From positions 992,001 through 1,056,000 of the forward strand of contig OY969622.1 of NCBI GenBank assembly GCA_963701665.1: a stretch of DNA of 64,000 nucleotides. The letters are read 5' to 3'. The first letter of the stretch is position 1. Every line of letters starts with the position of its first letter. Positions 50,630 through 59,664 of this stretch are shown piece after piece. This DNA comes from Candidatus Babeliales bacterium. Lineage in GTDB: Bacteria; Babelota; Babeliae; Babelales; JANWKD01. The notes under the pieces are model-generated. The model searched no databases. It was not told where the DNA came from and was given only the letters and a program-made list of their open reading frames with translations. The position numbers and the translations under genes are program-made.

Positions 50630-51655
50630 TTACTTTAATTCACACTCTTTTACTTCAGCTTCACTAAACCTTTTAATGATGTAGGCAATTTCCTGCACAA
50701 CTTCTTCAGGCAATAAACCATAATCTTCTGCAATTTTCTCAACACGGTAACTGAGGTCCCAAAATGGGATATCCGCCCATTGCCTCTTCCATTGTCCCAT
50801 ACAAACATTTGCTTTCATCGCATCTAATTGATCACAACGATGTTTTACCCTGGTTGATGCATCACTATGTTTGTTGTTAAAGCACACATATTCAATGAAT
50901 GAATTTTCTTTTGTATGCAATCGATCTATTTCTTTTGTGACCGCTTTTTTAAAAACACTTTCAGAGGAATTTTTTTGTAAGATAAGTATTCTCTTTTTCA
51001 TAGACTCTAGTTCTTGCTCTAACTCCGATCGAGAACATTTTAATTCGTCATTACATAATTTTTCAACCTCCTCCAGCACATGATCAAGTCTGTTCTCAGC
51101 TTTCCCACACATATCTTTCACTGCCGCCCTATAAAAATCTTCAGAATTTGCTTCGTGGCTTAAAATTCTCCGATGAACATCATCAGTATTATTTTCTACA
51201 TAAGGGTGCACAGCACAATATAAAAAAAAATTCAAACGGGAACAATGATCATCTTGCGATAGCTTAGATGGTGAACCTTCTTTTAAAAAATTTATTCTAG
51301 GCGTACATGCTTTTCCAACTTTTGAGTCTTCATCGTAGAGTGTATCAAAACTACATTCTTCAACATCGTGTTTTCTTAACATTTCTTTAGCCATATGTTC
51401 TTTAGCAATAAGTGATAAAGGACGTACCGGACGCACCTTTCTTAAAGATGATTGGTTTTCTGTTTGGCTAGATTTCTCGAAATTTTCTTGTGTTTCACGA
51501 TTAGCAGATTTTTCTTCTTGTACCTGTTGCACGCCTTCAGTTTTTTCATAAGCTCTCTGCGCTGCCTTGAGCCATTTATCTGCATCATCCTGCATGGCAT
51601 TCAGCGATGTAACAAAAATAATAGTCGGCAGTATAATTTTATACATGCGTTGCAT
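50630..51655 (-). CDS. Array gene 7: shared leader fused to an unrelated non-ankyrin body
   Basis: LNA-MQDDADKWLKAAQRAYEKTEGVQQV leader, then no ankyrin motifs; start placed after the SD-like junction motif. Confidence 0.7.
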   Translation of the reverse strand: MQRMYKIILPTIIFVTSLNAMQDDADKWLKAAQRAYEKTEGVQQVQEEKSANRETQENFEKSSQTENQSSLRKVRPVRPLSLIAKEHMAKEMLRKHDVEECSFDTLYDEDSKVGKACTPRINFLKEGSPSKLSQDDHCSRLNFFLYCAVHPYVENNTDDVHRRILSHEANSEDFYRAAVKDMCGKAENRLDHVLEEVEKLCNDELKCSRSELEQELESMKKRILILQKNSSESVFKKAVTKEIDRLHTKENSFIEYVCFNNKHSDASTRVKHRCDQLDAMKANVCMGQWKRQWADIPFWDLSYRVEKIAEDYGLLPEEVVQEIAYIIKRFSEAEVKECELK

Positions 51656-52706
51656 GCTCATCCCCATTTTTTTGAAATTGTTTGAGTCGATTGTTGCGTT
51701 CTTCTTCAATTAGATAATAAATCGATTTACATGGGCCATCATGCATTTTACATTCTCGAAGATAATCCTGGGCAGTTTTGCCCTCTCTATTTTTAGTATC
51801 AAGATTTATTCCTGCTTTTAATAATGCTTGAGCCGTTCTTATCAAATTGTCACTCGAAGTAAAAAAGATAGGCGCTGGATTGGAAGCCTGCGTTGATAAA
51901 ACGTGAAGTGCTGTTTCATCACTATCATCTACAGAATTGATAGAGATATTTTGTTGTATATAGTACTCTACAAGATCAGATGAACATGAACCCCATGAGG
52001 GTCCGCCTATTGGACTCTTGATTGCGCGATGTAATAAAGTTTCATAACCATTGCATTTGCAATTAACTCTTGCACCGTGCTTAACTAACAGCTCGGCTAT
52101 TTCTCTATTTTCAGCCCAGCATAGTGAAAACATACCAGGAGTAGCTTTATTCGGGTTAGCTTTTTGTTCAAGCAAAAGTTTTAAGAGCGAAAAATCATTC
52201 GCTGCTATGGGTGCAACAAGTGCTCTCGCACGATATTCTTTTGATTTTGCGTTGGGATCGGCACCTGCACACACCCACCCACTTATTTTACAACGAGTCT
52301 TAGGATATTCTTCAAAATTACGATTATCTGTGTTATCACCTAATTGGTTATTTTTTTGTTCTTGAGATAACGAAACTGCTCTTCGAAAGTATCTTTTTCT
52401 TTTAAAATAATCACACGTTAATGGTTGACGTTGCTCAGGACATTCTGAAAACCATGTTTCATGATCATTTTCATCAAAATCGGCTTCATTATATTCTTCT
52501 TGTGTAGCATCTGTGCTTTCTCTTTGCTCAAATTTTTCAAAACTTGCTTGTGCATGGTTCTCTTCATTGACTTGCTGCACACCTTCAGTTTTTTCATACG
52601 CTCTTTGTGCTGCATTCAGCCATTCATCTGCATCATCTTGCATGGCATTTGATGATGATGCAACAAAAATCATCATCAGTATTATAATTTTATACGTGCA
52701 TTCCAT
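51639..52706 (-). CDS. Array gene 6: exported ankyrin-repeat protein (type A, mosaic)
   Basis: Leader, TWFSECP..CDYFK motif, ankyrin repeats, SPIGGPSWGSCS insert. Confidence 0.85.
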   Translation of the reverse strand: MECTYKIIILMMIFVASSSNAMQDDADEWLNAAQRAYEKTEGVQQVNEENHAQASFEKFEQRESTDATQEEYNEADFDENDHETWFSECPEQRQPLTCDYFKRKRYFRRAVSLSQEQKNNQLGDNTDNRNFEEYPKTRCKISGWVCAGADPNAKSKEYRARALVAPIAANDFSLLKLLLEQKANPNKATPGMFSLCWAENREIAELLVKHGARVNCKCNGYETLLHRAIKSPIGGPSWGSCSSDLVEYYIQQNISINSVDDSDETALHVLSTQASNPAPIFFTSSDNLIRTAQALLKAGINLDTKNREGKTAQDYLRECKMHDGPCKSIYYLIEEERNNRLKQFQKNGDEHATHV

Positions 52707-53772
52707 GATCACCACCATTTTTTTGAAATTGCTTGAGTCGATTATTACGTTCTTCTTCAATTAAATCGTAAAGTAATTTACAAGTTTCCTTGGATGATTC
52801 CTTAAAACTTTCATTCTTTTGACATTCTTGAAGCAGACCTTGGGCGCTCTTTTCCCTTATATCTTTGGCATCAATATCTATACCCGCTTTAAATAAGAGG
52901 CGTGCTTTTTTTATAAGCTCTTCATGAGAATGTGCATAACACCTCCCGGATAAAATATGGAGCGCTGTTTCACGAACAGTATTTATTGCATTAATAGGAA
53001 CCTTTTGCTGAATATAATACTCTAGAAGATCCGATCGATAATCTTGATCGGCTGATCTATGCAATAAAGTACCACCCAAACCGTCACAGCATATTTCCAA
53101 TTCTGCACCATGTTTAATTAACAATTCAGCTATCTCTTTCTTCTTTGTCCAATATAGGGGAGGCCTATTTCTACAAATTGTTTCATTTGGATTCAGTCTA
53201 TGCTCCAGTAAAATTTTTATAAGCCAATAATCATTTTGTTCGGCTGGCTCTAAAATTGTACTTAGAAAAGAATGTCTTTTGCCTTTCGTGTTGGGATCTG
53301 CACCCGCACATACCCACCCAGCAGTTTTACAGCGATTTGCAGAATATTCCCTTTCAAACGATACCTTTAACGCACAATCCTTATTTAAATCAGCAAGAAT
53401 ATCATTTTTTTGTCCTTGCGGTAACGAAACAGCTCTTTGGAAGTATCTTTTTCTTTTAAAATAATCACACGTTAATGGTTGACGTTGCTCAGGACATTCT
53501 GAAAACCACGTTGCAGGATCATTTTCATCAAAATCGGCTTCATCATATTCTTCTTGTGTAGCTTCAGGGCTTTCTGCTTGCTCGAGCTTCTCAAGCTTTT
53601 CTCGCGCTTCATGCTGAGCATCTTTTTCTTCATTTACTTGCTGCACACCTTCAGTTTTTTCATACGCTCTTTGCGCTGCCTTAAGCCATTCATCTGCATC
53701 ATCTTGCATGGCATTCAGTAATGATGCAAAAAAAATAAGCATTAGCATTATAGTTTTAGACATACATTCCAT
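52690..53772 (-). CDS. Array gene 5: exported ankyrin-repeat protein (type B)
   Basis: Leader, TLLHRSA, ETALHIL, KAGIDID. Confidence 0.85.
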   Translation of the reverse strand: MECMSKTIMLMLIFFASLLNAMQDDADEWLKAAQRAYEKTEGVQQVNEEKDAQHEAREKLEKLEQAESPEATQEEYDEADFDENDPATWFSECPEQRQPLTCDYFKRKRYFQRAVSLPQGQKNDILADLNKDCALKVSFEREYSANRCKTAGWVCAGADPNTKGKRHSFLSTILEPAEQNDYWLIKILLEHRLNPNETICRNRPPLYWTKKKEIAELLIKHGAELEICCDGLGGTLLHRSADQDYRSDLLEYYIQQKVPINAINTVRETALHILSGRCYAHSHEELIKKARLLFKAGIDIDAKDIREKSAQGLLQECQKNESFKESSKETCKLLYDLIEEERNNRLKQFQKNGGDHGMHV

Positions 53773-54832
53773 GATCACCACCATTTTTTTGCAACTGTTT
53801 GAGGCGATTGTTGCGTTCTTCTTCAATTCGATCATAAAGAAGTTTGCAATTATCATTATATTTTTTACATTCTCGAAGATAATCCTGGGCAGTTTTGCCC
53901 TCTCTATTTTTAGTATCAAGATTTATTCCTGCTTTTAATAATGCTTGAGCCGTTCTTATCAAATTGTCACTCGAAGTAAAGAAGATAGACGCTGGATTGG
54001 AAGCCTGCGTTGATAAAACGTGAAGTGCCGTATCATTATTATCATCTACAGAATTGATAGAGATATTTTGTTGTATATAATACTCTACAAGATCAGGTGA
54101 ACATGAACCCCACGAGGGTCCTCCTATTGGACTCTTGATCGCTCTATGCAATAAAGTTTTTCTCCCATCGCATCTGCAATTAACATTTGCACCATACCCG
54201 ACTAATAATTCGACCATTTCTTTATTTTCAGCCCAGCATAGTGGAGACATACCGGGGGTAGCTTTGTTCGGGTTAGCTTTTTGCACAATCAAAAGCTCTA
54301 AGAGACGAAAATCATTCGCCCCAACGGGTGCAACAAGTGCTCTCGCACGGTATTCTTTTGATTTTGAATTGGGGTCGGCACCCGTACACACCCACCCACT
54401 TATTTTACAACGAGTCTTAGGATATTCTTCAAAATTACGATTATCTGTGTTATCACCTAATTGGTTATTTTTTTGTTCTTGAGGCAACGAAACAGCCCTT
54501 TGGAAGTACCTTTTTCTTTTAAAATAATCACATGTTAATGGTTGACCTTGCTCCGGGCATTCCGAAAACCATGTCGAAGGGTCATTCTCATCAAAAGTAG
54601 CTTCATCATAGTATTCTTGTACTGCAGGACTTTCTGTTTGCTCAAATTTTTCAAAACTTGCTTGTGCTTCATGCTGAGTATCTTTTTCTTCTTTTACTTG
54701 CTGCACACCTTCAGTTTTTTCATAAGCTCTTTGTGCTGCATTGAGCCATTCATCTGCATCATCTTGCATAGCATTTAGTGATGACACAACAAAAATCATC
54801 ATCGGCATTATAGTTTTATACATGCATTCCAT
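53756..54832 (-). CDS. Array gene 4: exported ankyrin-repeat protein (type A)
   Basis: Leader, TLLHRAI, SPIGGPSWGSCS, DTALHVL. Confidence 0.85.
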   Translation of the reverse strand: MECMYKTIMPMMIFVVSSLNAMQDDADEWLNAAQRAYEKTEGVQQVKEEKDTQHEAQASFEKFEQTESPAVQEYYDEATFDENDPSTWFSECPEQGQPLTCDYFKRKRYFQRAVSLPQEQKNNQLGDNTDNRNFEEYPKTRCKISGWVCTGADPNSKSKEYRARALVAPVGANDFRLLELLIVQKANPNKATPGMSPLCWAENKEMVELLVGYGANVNCRCDGRKTLLHRAIKSPIGGPSWGSCSPDLVEYYIQQNISINSVDDNNDTALHVLSTQASNPASIFFTSSDNLIRTAQALLKAGINLDTKNREGKTAQDYLRECKKYNDNCKLLYDRIEEERNNRLKQLQKNGGDHGMYV

Positions 54833-55886
54833 GATCACCACCATTTTTTTGCAATTGTTTGATTCGATCGTTACGTTCTTCTTCAATTAAATCATAAACC
54901 AGGTTACAACGTTCAACCCATTTTTTACATTCTTGAAGCGAGTCTTGGGCAGTTTTGCCCTCTTTATCTTTAGCATCAATATCTATGCCTGCTTTAAGCA
55001 AATATTGAACTGTCTTCTTTAGATCAACATCTGAAATTAAATTTGAGGAATAATTAGCTGAAAGAGCTGAAACATGTAAGGCTGTTCTATTATTTCTATC
55101 TAGAGAATTAATAGGAATTCCCTGTTTAATATAAAAATTTATAAGACTGGGTTGGCGATCACTATTAATTGCTTCGTGTAATATAGTAGTCCCCCAAATA
55201 GTATCTTTAGATATTTTAGCGCCATATTTAATTAATAATTTTGCCATTCGTTTATTTTTAGCAAAATATGATGATGGAACAAATATTATTGTTTTATTAG
55301 GATTGGCCCCATGCTCAAGAACTATTTGAATTACTTCATAATCATCATGATCGATTGGCCTTAAAAGCACATTTCCCGCATCCACCAAATGAAACAAAGC
55401 TACACTAGTATTGGGATTACCTCCTGCACAAACCCAACCGGCAGTTTGGCATCGATTTATAGCATATTCATTATCGTCATCAGGGAATTTATAACGTTTT
55501 ATGAGATGGTGAAGTAAATCATTTTTCTTTCTTTTTGGTAATGAAACAGCCCTTTGCCAGTACCTTTTGCCTTTAAAATAATCGCAACTTAATTCCTTGC
55601 CTTGTGCAGGGCATTCTGAAAACCATGTTGAATAATCATTCTCATCAAAATTAGGTTCATCATATTCTTGTGTAGCTTCGGGGCTTTCTGTTTGCTCAAG
55701 CTTCTCAAAACTTTCTCGAGCTTCATGCCCAGCATCTTTTTCTTCTTTTACGTGCTGCACACCTTCAGTTTTTTCATATACCTTTTGTGCTGCCTTGAGC
55801 CATTCACCTGCATCATCATGCATAGCATTCAGCGATGATGCAACAAAAATAATAGTCGGCAGTATAATTTTATACATGCATTGCAT
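54816..55886 (-). CDS. Array gene 3: exported ankyrin-repeat protein (type B, divergent)
   Basis: Leader, LEHGANPN, TILHEAI, RTALHV. Confidence 0.85.
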   Translation of the reverse strand: MQCMYKIILPTIIFVASSLNAMHDDAGEWLKAAQKVYEKTEGVQHVKEEKDAGHEARESFEKLEQTESPEATQEYDEPNFDENDYSTWFSECPAQGKELSCDYFKGKRYWQRAVSLPKRKKNDLLHHLIKRYKFPDDDNEYAINRCQTAGWVCAGGNPNTSVALFHLVDAGNVLLRPIDHDDYEVIQIVLEHGANPNKTIIFVPSSYFAKNKRMAKLLIKYGAKISKDTIWGTTILHEAINSDRQPSLINFYIKQGIPINSLDRNNRTALHVSALSANYSSNLISDVDLKKTVQYLLKAGIDIDAKDKEGKTAQDSLQECKKWVERCNLVYDLIEEERNDRIKQLQKNGGDHGMHV

Positions 55887-56937
55887 GATCACCACCATTT
55901 TTTTGAAATTGTTTAAGCCGATTATTACGTGCTTCTTCAATCAAATCATAAATCGATTTACATGGGCCATCATGCATTTTACATTCTCGAAGATAATCCT
56001 GGGCAGTTTTGCCCTCTCTATTTTTAGTATCAAGATTTATTCCTGCTTTTAATAATGCCCGTGCCGTTCTTATATAATCTTCATTCGAAGCATATAGGCC
56101 AGATACGTGGTTAGACACTTGCGATGCCACAACGTGAAGTGCTGTTTCATCACTATCATCTACAGAATTGATAGAGATATTTTGTTGTATATAATACTCT
56201 ACAAGATCAGATGAACATGAACCCCATGAGGGTCCTCCTATTGGACTCTTGATCGCTCTATGCAATAAAGTTTTTCTCCCATCGCATCTGCAATTAACAG
56301 TTGCGCCGTGCTTAACTAATAATTCGGCTATTTCTCTATTTTCAGCCCAGCATAGTGAAAACATACCAGGAGTAGCTTTATTCGGGTTAGCTTTTTGTTC
56401 AAGCAAAAGTTTTAAGAGCGAAAAATCATTCGCTGCTATGGGTGCAATAAGCGCTCTCGTACCATATTCCTTCGATTTTGCATTGGGATTGGCACCTGCA
56501 CACACCCAACCGCTTATTTTACAACGAGCTTTAGGATATTCCTCCCGATGACGATTATGTATACTATTGCCTAACTGATGATTTTTTTGTTCTTGAGGTA
56601 ATGAAACAGCTCTTCGAAAGTATCTTTTTCTTTTAAAATAATCACACGTTAATGGCTGACCTTGTTCAGGACATTCTGAAAACCATGTTTCATGATCATT
56701 TTCATCAAAATCGGCTTCATTATATTCTTCTGCGGGCCTTTCTGTTTGCTCACGATTTTCAAACTTTTCTTGTGCTTCATGCTGAGTATCTTTTTCTTCT
56801 TTTACCTGCTGCATGCCTTCAGTCTTTTCATAAGCTCTTTGCGCTGCATTGAGCCATTCATCTGCATCATCTTGCATGGCATTCAGTGATACAACACAAA
56901 TCATCATCGGTATTATAATTTTATACATGCGTTCCAT
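55870..56937 (-). CDS. Array gene 2: exported ankyrin-repeat protein (type A)
   Basis: Leader, TLLHRAI, SPIGGPSWGSCS, ETALHV. Confidence 0.85.
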   Translation of the reverse strand: MERMYKIIIPMMICVVSLNAMQDDADEWLNAAQRAYEKTEGMQQVKEEKDTQHEAQEKFENREQTERPAEEYNEADFDENDHETWFSECPEQGQPLTCDYFKRKRYFRRAVSLPQEQKNHQLGNSIHNRHREEYPKARCKISGWVCAGANPNAKSKEYGTRALIAPIAANDFSLLKLLLEQKANPNKATPGMFSLCWAENREIAELLVKHGATVNCRCDGRKTLLHRAIKSPIGGPSWGSCSSDLVEYYIQQNISINSVDDSDETALHVVASQVSNHVSGLYASNEDYIRTARALLKAGINLDTKNREGKTAQDYLRECKMHDGPCKSIYDLIEEARNNRLKQFQKNGGDHAMHV

Positions 56938-57934
56938 GTTCACCACCATTTTTTTGCAGTTGTTTAAGCCGATTGTTACGTTCTTCTTCAATTAAATCAT
57001 AAAGCGCCCTGCAATTATCATTATTCTTCCTGCATTCTTGAAGCATACCTTGAGCAGTTTTTCCATCTTTATTAGCATCAATATCTATATCTATGCCTGC
57101 TTTAAATAAGAGACGTGCTTTTTTTATAACGTCTCCACGAGACTGCACCGTGCACCAATAAGATAACTCATGAAGCGCTGTTTCATTATAATGATTCAGA
57201 GAGTTTATAAAGACCTTTTGTTCGATATAATACTCTAAAAGATCAGGTAATCTTCCTTGCATTATTGCTCGATGCAATAATGTGTTACCACTTTTTGCAC
57301 CTTTCCAATTAACTTTTGCACCATGCGCAACTAATAACTCAGCTATCTCTTTGTTTTTAGCATAGGATAACGCAGGCTCACCTAGGATAATGTTTTTATT
57401 TGGTTTAGCTTTGTGCTCAAGTAAAATTTTTACAAGCCAAAAATCATCATTTTGAAGGGGATCTAACAGTGGCCTCCAGGGTCTTTTGAAACTAATGTTA
57501 GGATTAGCTCCTGCACACACCCAACCGCCTATTTTGCATCGCTGTGTAGAATATTCTGCACAACTATCATCTAACTCATTATTTTTTTGTTCTTGAGTCA
57601 AAGAAACAGCCCTTTGAAAGTACTTTTTTCTTTTAAAATAATCACACGTTAATGGTTGACCCTGTGCAGGACATTCTGTAAACCATGTTGCATGATCATT
57701 CTCATCGAAAGTAGGTTCATCATAGTCTTCTTGTGTAACTTCAGGGCTTTGCTCAAGCGTCTCAAACTTTTCTTGAGCTTCATGCCCAGCATCTTTTTCT
57801 TCTTTTACTTGCTGCACACCTTCAGTTTTTGCAAAAGCTTCATCAGCTTTTCTTAGCCATTCATCTTCATCATGCATGGCATTCAGTGATACGCTCAGCA
57901 TCATTGATACAAAAAATATATATCCCAATTTCAT
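56921..57934 (-). CDS. Array gene 1: exported ankyrin-repeat protein (type B)
   Basis: Own signal ending LNA-MHD; GNTLLHRAI, ETALHEL. Confidence 0.85.
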   Translation of the reverse strand: MKLGYIFFVSMMLSVSLNAMHDEDEWLRKADEAFAKTEGVQQVKEEKDAGHEAQEKFETLEQSPEVTQEDYDEPTFDENDHATWFTECPAQGQPLTCDYFKRKKYFQRAVSLTQEQKNNELDDSCAEYSTQRCKIGGWVCAGANPNISFKRPWRPLLDPLQNDDFWLVKILLEHKAKPNKNIILGEPALSYAKNKEIAELLVAHGAKVNWKGAKSGNTLLHRAIMQGRLPDLLEYYIEQKVFINSLNHYNETALHELSYWCTVQSRGDVIKKARLLFKAGIDIDIDANKDGKTAQGMLQECRKNNDNCRALYDLIEEERNNRLKQLQKNGGEHGTHV

Positions 57935-57951
57935 AAGAATATCTTTCTTTT

Positions 57952-59646
57952 TTAAATGTGAGATACGTAGTTTTGTGCCTTATTATGTTGTTCAATTTTT
58001 TCATGCACAATGCGATCAAGCGTATGCTCACTCATAACTTTATTTTCAGTTGCAAATGCAGCATGCTGCGCATGAATTGCTAATTTTGATATATCACGTC
58101 CTGAAAAACCTGCTGTCTTGTGTGCCATTTCTTGCAATTTTTCTTCTGAAAGATTTTCAATCTTTGCCTCTCTATCCATAACATATTTATTAAAATAGAG
58201 ATTAAGTAACTCTTTACGCCCTAGTGCATCAGGTAATCCAATAAATTCTTTTTGATCAATACGACTTATCGCTGCTGCATCTAATGCTTCTGGTCTATTC
58301 GTAGCCAAAACAAGCATGAACTTTTTGGTCTCGGTTCCGGTGTGCGTTAAGAAAGCGGTTAATAATTTTCTGGTTGATTCACTTACTTTATTTCTTGATT
58401 CTAAAAGAGCATCAGCTTCATCGATAAACAGCAAAAGTCCTTTTGGAGAATTGTCTGCCCATTTAAATAGCTTATTGAGCTCTTTAATTTTCTGATCTTC
58501 AGAAAACTGATCAAAATTTGCGCCTGAAGTAATTGCATAATCTAACCCTGATGAGCGCGCTAATTCTCGTGCCAATAATGTTTTACCAGTACCTGGAGGA
58601 CCATATACTAAAAGGTGACGATGAAATCCATCATTTTTTTGAACATGCTTTAAACCCTGTGCAAGTTCAAGAAGACGATTTTTTGTTGCCTCAGGCAAAA
58701 TAAGCTCGCTAAACGGTGCAACAGCAACAGGTTGTGGCTTGCCATAATTTATTGCAGTTTTGAATGGCGCAAGAAAACGCTGTTGTAATGTTAGGCGCGA
58801 TGTTTCAGTCACAAGAGTCGGCTTTCGCAAAAGCATTGCAACGTGATCACCAACAACTTGCGATCCTTTACGGGAAGCAAAATAGGCAAGGCTGCATCCA
58901 GCAAGGCCGAGGGTGGCGTAGGTAACTTTTTCAGGATCACTTATGAAGGTGTTAAATCCTTGTCCCCATAATTGCAATTTTTCCATCGAGTGTTTATGAA
59001 GCATAGCGGTTTTTGTAAGATCATGCTTTAAGCGTTCTGGCAATGTTTGTTGATCTAATTCTGCTTGGATTTTAGCTTCTTCGACGCGTGTTTTACGCTG
59101 TTCTCTTTCACGTTCTCTCATGCGTTGTGTTTTATAAGATTCTCCCTCTTGCATGAGTTTCCGCGCTAATGCATCCTGGCGTAGAAGAAAATCGTTTAAT
59201 TCATTACCAAAATTAAGATCAACATTTCTCCGTGTACCTGCTTTTGCTTTTATAGTATCTTTTATATATTTTTTATTTCTTTTTTGTGCTAATTGATGTT
59301 CTTCTCTCAGCAATTGCTTTCGTAATTTATGCTCTTCGGCTTGGCGCTCTTTTGCCAATTCATGTTCTTTTTGTGCTTTTGCCATTTCACTTGCCATGCC
59401 CCAACGCCCACGTACATCTTCATGATCTTTCACAAGCTTTAATTGTTCTGCTTTAGCAGCCTCAATGTCCCGTTGGAGTTTTAATTTTTCAACAGTTTGA
59501 TAAAGATCAATCTTTGAATTTGAAGGTGATTCCATATAAACAGCCGCTCGGCTCAGTGCTGTACTCAACCTTTTATCAGAATGCTGCATAGCACCGAGTG
59601 GCAATGAAAGTAAAAGTAATGGTATAAGATAGAAAGTATTCTTCAT
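57952..59646 (-). CDS. ATAD3-like AAA+ ATPase with signal peptide
   Basis: Coiled coil, GQGFNTFISDPEKV, TM, KPTLVTETSR, GPPGTGKT, SGLDYAI, LFKWA..S.KGLLLFIDEADA, FMLVLATNRPE, YFNKYV, GFSGRDI. Confidence 0.8.
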   Translation of the reverse strand: MKNTFYLIPLLLLSLPLGAMQHSDKRLSTALSRAAVYMESPSNSKIDLYQTVEKLKLQRDIEAAKAEQLKLVKDHEDVRGRWGMASEMAKAQKEHELAKERQAEEHKLRKQLLREEHQLAQKRNKKYIKDTIKAKAGTRRNVDLNFGNELNDFLLRQDALARKLMQEGESYKTQRMREREREQRKTRVEEAKIQAELDQQTLPERLKHDLTKTAMLHKHSMEKLQLWGQGFNTFISDPEKVTYATLGLAGCSLAYFASRKGSQVVGDHVAMLLRKPTLVTETSRLTLQQRFLAPFKTAINYGKPQPVAVAPFSELILPEATKNRLLELAQGLKHVQKNDGFHRHLLVYGPPGTGKTLLARELARSSGLDYAITSGANFDQFSEDQKIKELNKLFKWADNSPKGLLLFIDEADALLESRNKVSESTRKLLTAFLTHTGTETKKFMLVLATNRPEALDAAAISRIDQKEFIGLPDALGRKELLNLYFNKYVMDREAKIENLSEEKLQEMAHKTAGFSGRDISKLAIHAQHAAFATENKVMSEHTLDRIVHEKIEQHNKAQNYVSHI

Positions 59647-59664
59647 AAAAAAGTCCCTTTATAA

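Noticed and set aside
51656..56991. Longer ORF-track starts (MKKNV..., MILKIE...) for the array genes
   Set aside because: These TTG-type extensions are the alternate frame of the previous gene's tail; the RBS-like motif and signal peptide point to the later ATG.
50630..57934. Array as CRISPR, integron cassette array or DGR target
   Set aside because: The repeats are coding with ~1-kb spacing, lack attC-like palindromes, and show no adenine-specific variation; no cas, integrase or reverse transcriptase gene is in the window.
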